DNA of 63,059 bases, filler included, from Sluysia triapertura (taxonomy: Eukaryota), in the NCBI GenBank assembly GCA_046118255.1. It is 5 parts of 5 records of this genome, joined end to end, with 100 filler letters (N's around TTAATTAATTAA, not from the genome) between each part and the next. Parts side by side here need not be neighbours in the genome. Positions count along the whole stretch, not along the records: positions 1 to 10,969 come from JBJNIA010190742.1; positions 11,070 to 22,465 come from JBJNIA010185145.1; 3 more parts are not named here. The stretch is one strand, 5' to 3'. Both the position numbers and the translations under genes were made by a program. Under the pieces are notes generated by a model, which did not search any database, was not told where the DNA came from, and saw only the letters and a program-made list of their open reading frames with translations. Shown piece after piece: positions 1 through 11,147 of this stretch (position 1 is its first letter; each line of letters begins with the position of its first letter).

Positions 1-330
1 TAAATAATTATTAATTATTATTTTTTGTTCATTAATACATTAATTGAAAATTTATTTTAAATTAAATTAATCAAAGAGAAATAATATATAATTTATAAAT
101 TATTTATTATTTATTAAATGAAAATTAATATAAAATACAATAAATTATTTATTATTTATTAGTCTTTATTCAGTAATAATTAATAAGAAAATATTATAAA
201 TGAAAGGTATGTAATAAATAATTATTAATTATTATTTTTTGTTCATTAATACATTAATTGAAAATTTATTTTAAATTAAATTAATCAAAGAAAAATAATA
301 TATAATTTATAAATTATTTATTATTTATTA
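1..330. repeat. Near-identical direct duplication of ~117 bp (1-117 and 215-330)
   Basis: taaataattattaattattatttttt...aattatttattatttatta occurs twice with a 214-nt offset. Confidence 0.85.
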
Positions 331-415
331 TTTTTAAGTATTGATAAATTATTTAAAATTTAATTTAAAATATTTTCGAGTGTGTTCCATTTCCTTCCAC
401 TTTCAAACAAAAGGT

Positions 416-429
416 ATTATTATTATTAA

Positions 430-481
<52 letters not shown>
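416..481. repeat. (ATT)n microsatellite
   Basis: Seen directly. Similar tracts lie at about 5628-5675, 10898-10969, 11110-11146, 19532-19571, 27230-27288, 54981-55031 and 57774-57836. Confidence 0.95.
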
Positions 482-835
482 GTGTAAATTTCTTTATTAC
501 TTTTAATTTAACGTTAAAGAAAAGTTTATTTAAATTATCAAATATGAACTTCTTTGTAAATTCTTTGGAGATGTTAACTTTTGAACTATTATTATGTTTT
601 GTAGATATAGGATTATAAAAAACAATGGAAAACAAATTAACGATTATATTTTTATTATAAGTTACTACATCGAAAAATTTTATTTTTCTTATATCTCTTC
701 TACGAATGTTATGAAGCCAATTTTGCACTTGATAGTCTAAAAATAAAACTTAAATTTAAATTATAAACAAGGCAATTAAAAAGGCACTGTGGAACTTAAG
801 ACATCCACGTTATTATATTGTTAGACTTCGTAAAA

Positions 836-907
836 TGAACTGACCGGGGATCGAACCCGGGACCTTCGCTACGCAGTTCAAATGCTCTACCACTGAGCTA
901 TCAGCCC
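836..907 (-). ncRNA. tRNA-Cys-like element (tRNA-derived SINE/cassette or pseudo-tRNA), copy 1
   Basis: Minus strand reads GGGCTGATAGCTCAGTGGTAGAGCATTTGAACTGCGTAGCGAAGGTCCCGGGTTCGATCCCCGGTCAGTTCA followed by TTTT. It has A and B boxes, paired acceptor, D and T stems, and an abnormal anticodon arm. Confidence 0.8.
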
Positions 908-1032
908 CGTCTAACAACTTCATTTCATTATATATCAATTTTACCTAATGGCTCTTTAGGCCTTTTACCCCAACATATATTAGTTTTGAAAAAATAAGCA
1001 GTCTGTGTATTTGATTTTAATAGAATTGACTT

Positions 1033-1657
1033 TCATATTATTTTGAGATAAATAAATTTATAATATAGCACAAACGTCTGTTGCGTAAGTTCTGTACAAA
1101 TATTATACAATTCATGAGTTGTGATATCATCGTCGCCGCTACTAATACTCATACAAATGTTTGTATAATCTTCATTAATAACATCACTATAATCCACATT
1201 TTTATTGAATTTATCTTTTTTTGACCTTTTATAGACGTTGTTTATTTTATAACTTAAAACATTTGGTAAATCTAATAACTTGAGAACATCTCTGAAAATT
1301 CGATCAATTAACGTAAATAAAAAAATCAAAAATCATGTTATCACTGACAAGATGGATGAGATAACTCATCACATGATGAGCAGAGTCACTACGAACATTT
1401 ATTTCTTCTTTCGTATCTAACACAAAATAAGATAAGTGATCACAAAACGTTATTGTTGGTTCATTATGAAAAGATGTAAAATAGTTGAATAAAACTGTAA
1501 CATGTAGTAGAACATTATCTTGTGCTACATATTTTAAATTATCTTTACTATAATAAGTAATCAACATATTAAATGAAATGGCGATACTCTCATTAATACG
1601 ACTATAGCCTTTCAGAAAGTCTATTAATAAAATTATAGATTCATTTATATTATTCAT
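1033..1657 (-). pseudogene. Two overlapping ORFs (117 aa and 98 aa), probably one frameshifted gene or TE relic of unknown family
   Basis: ORFs 1304-1657 and 1033-1329 overlap by 26 nt on the same strand. Composition is protein-like, but I recognise no motif. Confidence 0.3.
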
Positions 1658-2199
1658 TTTATTTAATGTAGTATTACTTTTCTTTTCTTAAAACATATAT
1701 AAAGTAAATGAGCATCGGAAAATATAATATATCTTGTTAAAACGTTCGCTATTAGCGACTGAACTAATTCTTTAAAAAATAATAAACGCTAACTATACGT
1801 ATACATTGGATCAAATGATTGAAAATTATAAATTTGAAACAAACTTTTTATCCATTCTAAAACTGGAACTGTGTAACCTGAATTGCGTACGCGTATTAAA
1901 TAACATCGTTTTATACATTCAAAATTGACGCATTTGAATCTTGCACATAAATTACTAATTATTAAACTACATAATTTGCTGCTGTTCTCAGTTAAAACTA
2001 AAGACAATTTCATTAAGATACCATTTATTAAGATACCATTTTGGTTTCATTTTTTATCCATTCGATTAGGCATTAAGTGACCTCTTTTCAGCACTATTTA
2101 AGCTTTAGAATTTTTCTGGAACTCGATTTTTCTACAAGTTAATTTTATTTGTGACTATCAAAATTGCTTTTAAAAATTTTTGCATATAAGTTTATTCTG

Positions 2200-3290
2200 A
2201 TTAGTTGTCCAATCAAAGAGCGTAAAATATAAAGAATCAAAGTAGCATAACTGAGTGATAAGCCACCATCAGTGTTGACATAAATCTATTTACAGTAATG
2301 AGCAATGTTAGTAATGGTGATGGTAGATACAATTTTTGATATTGTTAATATTGTTATTATAATTAATATTACTTAAATACGGAATATTTAAAAATTCATA
2401 AACTCTTGTTGAACTCCACAGATGTGTCTTTCATTTTCTTCAATACCTCTTAACATATTTTGAACCAAAATAAAATACAAAATGATAGAATTGAGTTTAA
2501 TAACAACAATAATAAGAGGAACAATGTTATAGTTATTGTTGTTATTAAACTGCATAAACTCTTGGATTCTTTAAAAACTGAACACGATCTTACTTTAAAT
2601 CCTTTAGATTTCTAAACATATTTGAAACTAAAAATCTTTAAGTAACGGTTGGTTTAGGTGCATATGAAAATGATAAGTTAAAGTAGAAGTCTTAGTATAT
2701 TCATAAGGTTATTGTACAATGTTAATAATGTGAGATTGTTTTCTTGCAATTTTTAAGTGGTATTGTCTTTTGTGCTGTTAGGGATTATGTGATAACAAAT
2801 GATGAATTTAAAGTGTTGAAATTGATTCGAATGTATTCCTTTGAAATACTTTAAAGTTAATTTTAAATGAAATTTTTGATTATAATGTTTCGAACTAATT
2901 ATGATTATGATGTTTTTCTATTATATATTAGTTTGAATGTTAAAGGATTGCAAAATTGAAATGTTATGGATTGAATTTAAGATCTGTGTTCGAAGATTTA
3001 AGGTGTAATTGTGATTTTAATATTATTAGAATATAGAATAGGAATGTTTTGAAAAGGTTAGAATAATGTTTTGATGAAAAGAATGGTTAAATGTTATAAA
3101 ATATGTAATATGTTGAATTAATTTTTAAATATTTTAATTTAATTTTTGAATGAATATTTGATAATTTTCGATATGAATATGATTTTGATGTTATAGAAAT
3201 ATGTGTTTAAAGTGTTTACGAATATCAAGAGTTGTGAAATGTTATCTTCAGTGATTTTGTTATGTTATGATAAAATAAAATTATTAAAGT
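2200..3290. repeat. Dispersed repeat unit, paralogous to 4545-5420, probably decayed LINE 3' regions
   Basis: Collinear shared blocks: gttgtccaa(t/c)ca, agccac, gatggt(a/ggca)gatac, cataaa(c/t)tcttg, acacgatctt and atgtga(ga)ttgttt. Each unit has an internal ~155-bp duplication. Confidence 0.55.
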
Positions 3291-3310
3291 AATAGGTTGG
3301 CCACCACATG

Positions 3311-3448
3311 CAAGTTGGAAGAAGATCTCATGTAACATCTTATCTTAAAGAATTACATTGGTTGCCAATAAAACCAAGAATAGAATTCAAAATCATGACA
3401 ATAATTTACAATTGCGCTTACATTACTGAAGCACTGTATATCTTTTAG
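3311..3448 (+). mobile_element. L2/CR1-clade LINE ORF2 C-terminal fragment
   Basis: Translates QVGRRSHVTSYLKELHWLPIKPRIEFKIMTIIYNC, matching the HITPxLxxLHWLPxxxRIxFK motif of L2-type elements. Confidence 0.8.
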
Positions 3449-3851
3449 AAATAATAAAAAGATTGGAAACCAAGATTTTCGTAATATTATTTTTAATTGG
3501 ATGTTTACGTTTAGGTTTCGATCTTGTTTTAAGAAATTTTCTAAGTTTACAAAAAGTTTGTTCTTTAATTTATTTAATAGTTAGTTTAAATTATCTTTGA
3601 CAATTAATTCACAATTTGAAATGATTTTATGGAATGCGTTAAACAAGATATAAAATAACTTAATTACAAAATATTTATTATAACATTGACGATTTATACT
3701 TATAATATATAAACATTTACTTCTGCGTAAATCCCTTGGAGTACAATCTCTGTTCCGCCATCTATAAGAAATTTAGAAAAATAATCGTTGCTATTTAAAA
3801 TTACATTAAATATTACTTTATTAGATTTTACATTAAGATCATTGATTAAGA

Positions 3852-4440
3852 TCATTGTCGAGCCACGGAGTTTATACTTTTATATAGTTCATTGATTTGG
3901 TTATCACTCATAGTATGTACATATTTACAATTAAAATAAATATTTTTTAAAGACTTTAAATAATGATTAAATGATAGTCTAACTAAAGTTTTATCATGAT
4001 CTTGTTTATGTGGTAAGTAACTCACCGATAGTTTCATCACGTCTTTATGATCAGTTTGATTGTGTACGTAGTGGTCGTAGGTAAACTGACCAAATCTTTA
4101 TCATCATTTTGTTGATATGTTAAGTAACACGTCGATAGTTGAATTACATTTTTATGATCGGTTTGATAATGCGCATAATGACTCGTAAATAGTTCGATCG
4201 ACTCGTTATCATCGTCTTGGTTATGCACTAAATAACTCAAAAATAGTTTAATTACATCTTTACGATTGTGATTATCAAGTACTAAATGGCTCAACAATAG
4301 TTTAATTGTCTTTACAATTAACTTGATCAAGTACTAAATAGTTTAAAGATAATTTATTTACGTCGTTATGATTGTCTTTATGGAGTACTAAATAATTGAG
4401 ACAATTTATTTACGTGATTACGATTATCTTTATGGTCATA
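3852..4440 (-). pseudogene. Frameshifted ORF built from 54-nt / 18-aa tandem repeats
   Basis: Units: KLLLSHLVLDNHNRKDVI, KLFLSYLVHNQDDDNESI, ELFTSHYAHYQTDHKNVI, QLSTCYLTYQQNDDKDLV and KLSVSYLPHKQDHDKTLV. The DNA motif aatagtttaatt recurs at 4242 and 4296. Confidence 0.55.
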
Positions 4441-4544
4441 CAGCATTTTGAAATTAGACAAGTTTTAATCAATTTTATTTTCAAAAATTAAATTGTGATT
4501 TATTTCCAAATTTTTGCTTTCCATTAATATTTTTACTCGATTAT

Positions 4545-5420
4545 TTTTATTGGTTGTCCAACCAGAGATGTATGAAAATAATGATGAAACTTGCTCTGGT
4601 TTGACAGCCACTGATAATCATTACTGCTTGCTTTATTGATAGATGAACCACTATCTTAATAAGCATCATCAATAGTGGCATTAAACCAACACGTGAACTA
4701 AAAGTGTCACTAGTGATGGTGGCAGATACCAAATAATTTTTATGACAAGAATAATAATAATGAATATTAATAATGGTGATAATAATAATAACACCGAAAA
4801 CGCATAAATTCTTGGTTTAAAGATCTTACACATGAGCTTTCTTTAAATTCTTACTTTTCTAAACATATTAAATCTAATAAAATAAAAGCTTATTTAAATA
4901 TTGTTTAGGAAATACTTGTATTATTGTTATTATTGTTATTTCGATAAAAATGAATATATTCTTTGCTTTGAGAATTTATACACGATCTTCCTTTGCTTTC
5001 TTTGTGTTGCTCAACGTATCTAGGTTGTAGAAATGAAGAGAACTTTCAGTTTTGTGAATTTAAAGCGATAAGGTTTTCCTTTGTGGTTTTACCTTCTTTT
5101 ATGTGATTGTTTCTAATGTACTGGCTGAAATAATATTAATGTATGAATGGTTCGAAATGAAAGCCTAAAATAAGGTAGACGTTATAATGAGTTATGGTGG
5201 TGCTTGGTTGTGAATGTTGATGTGCTTAGGTTGCCCAGAGTGGAAAGATGTAGATATAAAATATTTTGAGTTAAAATCTAACATGTTTTGATGATTTGGA
5301 GTAGTATTGTAATTTGGATGTTGTGAGGTGTGGAATAAATATTTTTGATGAATTGATTAATGTGAAATGAATGTTAATATGTTATGATTAAGTTATCGGT
5401 TTGACCACCACAAAGATGAA
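4545..5420. repeat. Second copy of the 2200-3290 repeat unit
   Basis: Same collinear blocks as 2200-3290. Confidence 0.55.
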
Positions 5421-5580
5421 TATTTCATTGAGGCATGATAATCTACCAGAATCCATAGTGATAAGAAGCTAGGTTTATGTTTCAAAAATATGCAACCAGT
5501 TACCAGAGAATGTCAAATTAATGGAAGATTATGAAATATTTAAGAAAAGGTAAAGTTGTTTTTGTTTCAGAAATATTATG

Positions 5581-5627
5581 AGTATTTACGCAGCATATAT
5601 GAGCGCAATATAAATTATAAATATAAA

Positions 5628-5674
<47 letters not shown>

Positions 5675-5680
5675 GTATTA
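5581..5680 (+). mobile_element. L2-like LINE/SINE 3' end with (TAT)n tail
   Basis: gtatttacgcagcatatatgagcgcaatataaatt followed by (TAT)n. A close copy is at 11070-11146. Confidence 0.65.
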
Positions 5681-8600
5681 GTATCAAATAAAATATAAAA
5701 GGTTCTTTCTAGTTATGGTTCCTTTATTCAGTGTTTTTGAGTACTTGACTAAGTTAAAAGTTACAAAGTTATGATAGATTTAAAGTATTGAACAGAGTCG
5801 AGCAAAAAGTTGTTTACGTTTTAATTTTTTAATGCAATGTTATAATTGAACTAGTTTAATGAAAATCTTTGTGAAAAGTGTAAAATACAGAATGTATACA
5901 AAGGACTATTTTATGACCTAAGAATGTGTAATTACGACGAAATGTTTTATTGAATAATCTTTTGTCTTGTGAGATTATTTTGTGATGTTAGTGTAGTAAA
6001 ATTAAATGTTATGAATTGAGTCATCGGAAACAATTGGAATAACTTTTGTTCTAAGATCTATTTCAACTTTCTCAAAATAAAAGAATCAAAATGGAAGTAT
6101 TATTCTGAAAATGCTGCAAATAAATTTATGATGAAGTTTTACACAAAATCAATTGAATTTTATGAAACCGCACATTAATTTCCTTTTCTGAAAATTATGT
6201 ACTAATTAAATTATTTAATATCTCGAATCACATATAAAGGAAACAAAAACACTAAACAAAGTTAGATGTTTTCTGACATTAAAAAAATAAAATAATTATT
6301 TTGAGTTCAAAGATCATTTGCCAATCGTAAAGTTATATTTTAATGTGAAAAAATTAAATAAATAAATAAATAAAGTAAAATAAATTCGAAAATATCTGAC
6401 GTTGATTTCATTTTTTGGTTTCACAAACATTTTCTACGATTGTAAAGAAAATACAATGTTGAAGAAATAATTAGAAATATTCGGATGAATTTATTTTATA
6501 TGTAATAGAAACTTTACGTAGTACCATTGAAATGTGATTGGTGTGCATAATTTATGAAGTGTGGATGTGCGTATTTTAATTGGTTACATGAATTCTGTGT
6601 GAAAAATGAGAAAAATATGTATTTATAAATTCAAAATATATTTAGTCAATAAGAATGAGGGTCCACTTTGATGTTAACTTTTTATTTGAATTTCTGTAAA
6701 ACTATTTCGATTTAGCCAAAATCGTATTGTTCTAAGAAGTTTTACAAATAAGTAATATGACCCAGAAATATGTGGACTATAACTGAGTTGCGCAAGTATT
6801 AAATTTTTGTAATTCAATCAGAATCGTATTGCAATATAATGAAATAGCTAAAAAATGTAATGCAACGATTATCAATAATTTATAATGTATGGCTTCTGCC
6901 ATGTTTAATGTGTGTAAGAGAAAACTATCAATTTCAATCTCATAGAAATTTCAGTTGATTAAACCATGGTAATAAAATCATGTGGAACTCGAATATCTAT
7001 CAAAGTATCATAGCTATTTTTCTGCTCGAGAGTTTTGCTTTTGATTTCAAAGAATATTCGATATTACCAAATATCCGATCTGAAGCAAAGCCAATATTAA
7101 TAAATAATCTAATGTCAAATGATTATTTGACATATTCATTGTTTTGATTTGTTTTCCGCGACCGAGAAAACATGCTTTATGATAATACATATAAAGCCGT
7201 ACCTAGGCAGTTACAATAGGTGGACCCTTAGAGGGACGACGAATGAATACATATGCTCCACCGAAATTTTATGTGTGCTGACGATAGTGTCAATCGTTTT
7301 TTAATCCATTAATTTGCTGTTTGATTTTTATTTTATATATACTTTTGGAACACGTATACTGTTCGTTACAATTATATATGTATATATAAGCTAGCATTTA
7401 ATGATCATATATTAGTTTATTTTTGTCTATTACTTGATCCGAAATGTTATCTATTAGCTAATTACGAATGATGTGTTCCAATCTAAGTTTAAACAATTCT
7501 ATTTTTAGTTCATTTTTGTTTAGTTCCAGATAAAACAACATTATGATAAGTTTCTTTTGAAGCAACTAAGATGATATTCTTTCAAAATTACTAAAATGAT
7601 TTCTACAATGTTTTTTGATTATATTTTTGTTAAGTTACTAAAAAATTATATTATTGCTACAAAATTATTCTCACAGCATCAACATCATCATCATTATCCT
7701 AATCATTTTCATCTCCATCACCATCATCATCTTTCTTTTTTCTTATTCTAATTTGAAGAGGTTCTTAATTTTCGAACGACTCTTATTTCATTTCATTTAT
7801 TTCTTATNNNNNNNNNNNNNNNNNNNNNNNNNNNNNNNNNNNNNNNNNNNNNNNNNNNNNNNNNNNNNNNNNNNNNNNNNNNNNNNNNNNNNNNNNNNNN
7901 NNNNNNNNNNNNNNNNNNNNNNNNNNNNNNNNNNNNNNNNNNNNATAATATAAAACTAATTTTTCTACACTATTACAGTACTTATTACTAAATAATACCA
8001 GTAATTTGTCCAATACTTATGATTAATTAACAATTTAGAAGATTTGATTGAAATAGAAGCATAATTTATCGATGTATGTGTGTATGTGTGCATGTTTAAA
8101 TCGAACATATAAAATAACTGATGTGACACAAATCTAACAGACATTTTGTTTGTATGTTTGCATCAATTATATATATATATATATAAAAGGGACAATATAC
8201 TGTTTGATATTATTTACTACTTATATTTATATTATCTATTGTTATGTTAAATAAAATTTAGATAATAATAATTATTATTATTGTTGTAGTAAATACTTTT
8301 ATTTTATTACTTTTACTTTATATTTATATTTTACTTATGTTTAACGTGAAAATCACGATGAATCTATATCGCGGAGATTAGTTCTGAATTCGTCTCTTAT
8401 GACAGAGATGAAACAGAACATCATAATAGTCAAATTAAATTTCTTAACAGATTTTATAAATACTAATATACTTCTAAAACTGCAACTATTGCAATTATAA
8501 TTTATTCTACTTATTAAATCATGTATTCATACAATTATTTGTTCATTTCTATTTTACTAAAATTATATAATTTCGATTTTCTTCATATTAATCTATTCGT

Positions 8601-9279
8601 CCTTTGAATTGTTTCTTGTTGTTATTACCTCATAATTATCACAACGTTTGAACACTACTTTCATTGGTTTTTTTATTCAGTAGTATATCATAATTCATAA
8701 TCAAATGAACATGTTTTTCCAACAAAAATTTTATTGAAATTAATTGTTACAACTGCTAAATGATAATTATTATTGCCATGGTTTTCTTAACTCTAAACCT
8801 ACGCAACCTAGGTTACCGTAAACTGTAAGTTAATGATCTTAACATACTTACTTTAAGAAACACTTCTAATTCGTCTATAAAACTGAATACGAGGGCCTTA
8901 AAGTTATAGACAAATTTATTAAAATAATAATAAATATTTTATTTACAAAAAACTAAAAATTTAGTTAGAAGATTAGAGTAAAAATAAAAATCGATTAAAA
9001 TCCTTGTGGGATATTGTTTTAGTATGAAAATTTTAACCCTTTATAAATAATATAATGTAATAATATAATCAAGATTTTAAATCGATTTTAGTACTTTGAT
9101 TATAAAAATCAAAACGCCTTTAACAATAAACAGCTGTAACAAAAATGGATGCAGAAACGAATGAATGACCAAAGGAGAACTGAGTTACACCAAAATAAAT
9201 AAAATTAGTGTCAAAAGACAAAGATAGTGTTGTAAAAATTGTGATTGTTTATTATTAGCTGTGGCTATTTATACAAATC

Positions 9280-9435
9280 CACAGTCAATACCCTAGAACA
9301 TTGTAGAACCTTTTCTTCTATTTTTAGTAAGTAAGTTTCTTTTTTAGAAAATAAGTTTTCTTTTAAGGAATTTAATGATTTTAAAGGGTTTTTATGACAA
9401 CCTAACATTACTATTATAATAATAATAATAATTAT
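9280..9435 (+). repeat. Dispersed repeat, copy of 41590-41785 (probable retroelement 3' tail)
   Basis: Both loci share tagaacatt...tatttttag...aaaataagtt...gatttta(a/g)agggtt...atgacaac. Confidence 0.6.
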
Positions 9436-10895
9436 TAATATTATCATTATTAGTATTGTTAATATTATTAAAAATGTCATGATGATGCGAAATATAATAG
9501 CACGAATACAGCAAATTCTATCATTAATAATTATTATTCCGTACTGATACATTTTACTATCATTTGAAAATTAATATTGATTATTATTATTGAAAAACAT
9601 GTTACATTTAGTCAAGTTTTATAAATAAATTTATTTATTTATTAATTATTACACATTGAAAATTAGATATTCCTTGAAAGTGCTGATATGATCATGGTCT
9701 TTGCTGAAGATTTATTGAGATAATTAATAATAAATACGTCAGCAGCAAGTCAAATTGGCAAGTCTGTCAACAGTCAATGATCAGACCAATTAGTAAACGC
9801 TATATAATCAGTGATGTTTATGATCCCTTGATTCCGTAAAAATAACATTTTATAACATTCACTGAGTTTGTCATTTAAATTGTTAACGGCCTTTTTATTT
9901 TACATCCTTATTTCTCAATTCGAATTAATAATAAAATAATTATTATTATTATCATAATAATAGCATAACAATAATATCAATTAAGTATTAATAAATTTAC
10001 GTCAAATTGTGATCTATGAAATTAAAATAATAAATTATATCATGATATTTTTAATTTTATTTTAAGCTGTCACAAAAATAATTAAATTATAATTAACGTT
10101 TGCTCCAATTAAATACGTTTTTTATGGGATCATTGTAATTGCTCACTGTGTTTAATGTTTTTATCACTAAAATTAGTTGCATGAATTATTTATTTAAAAT
10201 TTAATTTTTTAAGCATCGTTTATACTTCATATAAGATATTAATTTTTGTACAAAGATTCATAATGATGCTTCTCATATTTATTATAATATATATGGAAAA
10301 AAGGAGTGCAAACTTATAAAAACATTATTTTATTTTGTTTCAATAAGCATGATTATTAGTTATCGCTCATGAAAATGGAATCAAACACTAAAGTAAAACT
10401 GACCAAAATAGATTAAATTTTAAATTTTCTTTCAATGAATTTTGTTTTACCAATATAATTGTAATGTGTGGCTATATTGTATTAGCTGACCAATCAGAAA
10501 ATTTCTATCTTTTATACTATTAAATATATTACTTAACGTTTTAAAAAGTATATTATTTATAAAGAAAACAGCAAATATATGATTAATTTAAATCTGTTTC
10601 GTGAATCAGCAATAATTTAGCATATTTTTTGATAATGTGTGTGAAGAAGTTTCAACTTACCTGCAAAATGCTTTTTTATTTTATCTAAATATTGAATTTA
10701 GTCACAATTTCCATTACTAGAATTACTAATACAATTCAAGCCTTATTAATACAGTTAATAAAAATATATTCGGAAAAAATATAAAATCAGCAAATTATGT
10801 ATTTATGTGTTATAAATTTGACATTTATAATTTTTGTTTGAATAGATTCACCATTAATCTAATGAGTAATGGGATTTGTTTTATCTCTTATTCCG

Positions 10896-10969
<74 letters not shown>

Positions 10970-11069
10970 NNNNNNNNNNNNNNNNNNNNNNNNNNNNNNN
11001 NNNNNNNNNNNNNTTAATTAATTAANNNNNNNNNNNNNNNNNNNNNNNNNNNNNNNNNNNNNNNNNNNN
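10970..11069. other. Artificial contig-join spacer N44-TTAATTAATTAA-N44
   Basis: Exactly 100 nt with six-frame stops. Identical spacers lie at 22466-22565, 36084-36183 and 49846-49945. Confidence 0.95.
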
Positions 11070-11108
11070 GTACTTTCGCGGTAGATATAAGCGCAATATA
11101 AATTAATA

Positions 11109-11146
<38 letters not shown>
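11070..11146 (+). mobile_element. L2-like 3' end with (TAT)n tail, copy 2
   Basis: gtactttcgcggtagatataagcgcaatataaatt followed by (TAT)n. Confidence 0.65.

Positions 11147-11147
<1 letters not shown>

Noticed and set aside
836-907. Functional tRNA-Cys gene
   Set aside because: The anticodon arm is one nt too long and lacks GCA, so I call it tRNA-like only.
11014-11025. TTAATTAATTAA palindrome repeated four times as a biological motif
   Set aside because: It is always centred in N44 flanks and is an assembly linker.
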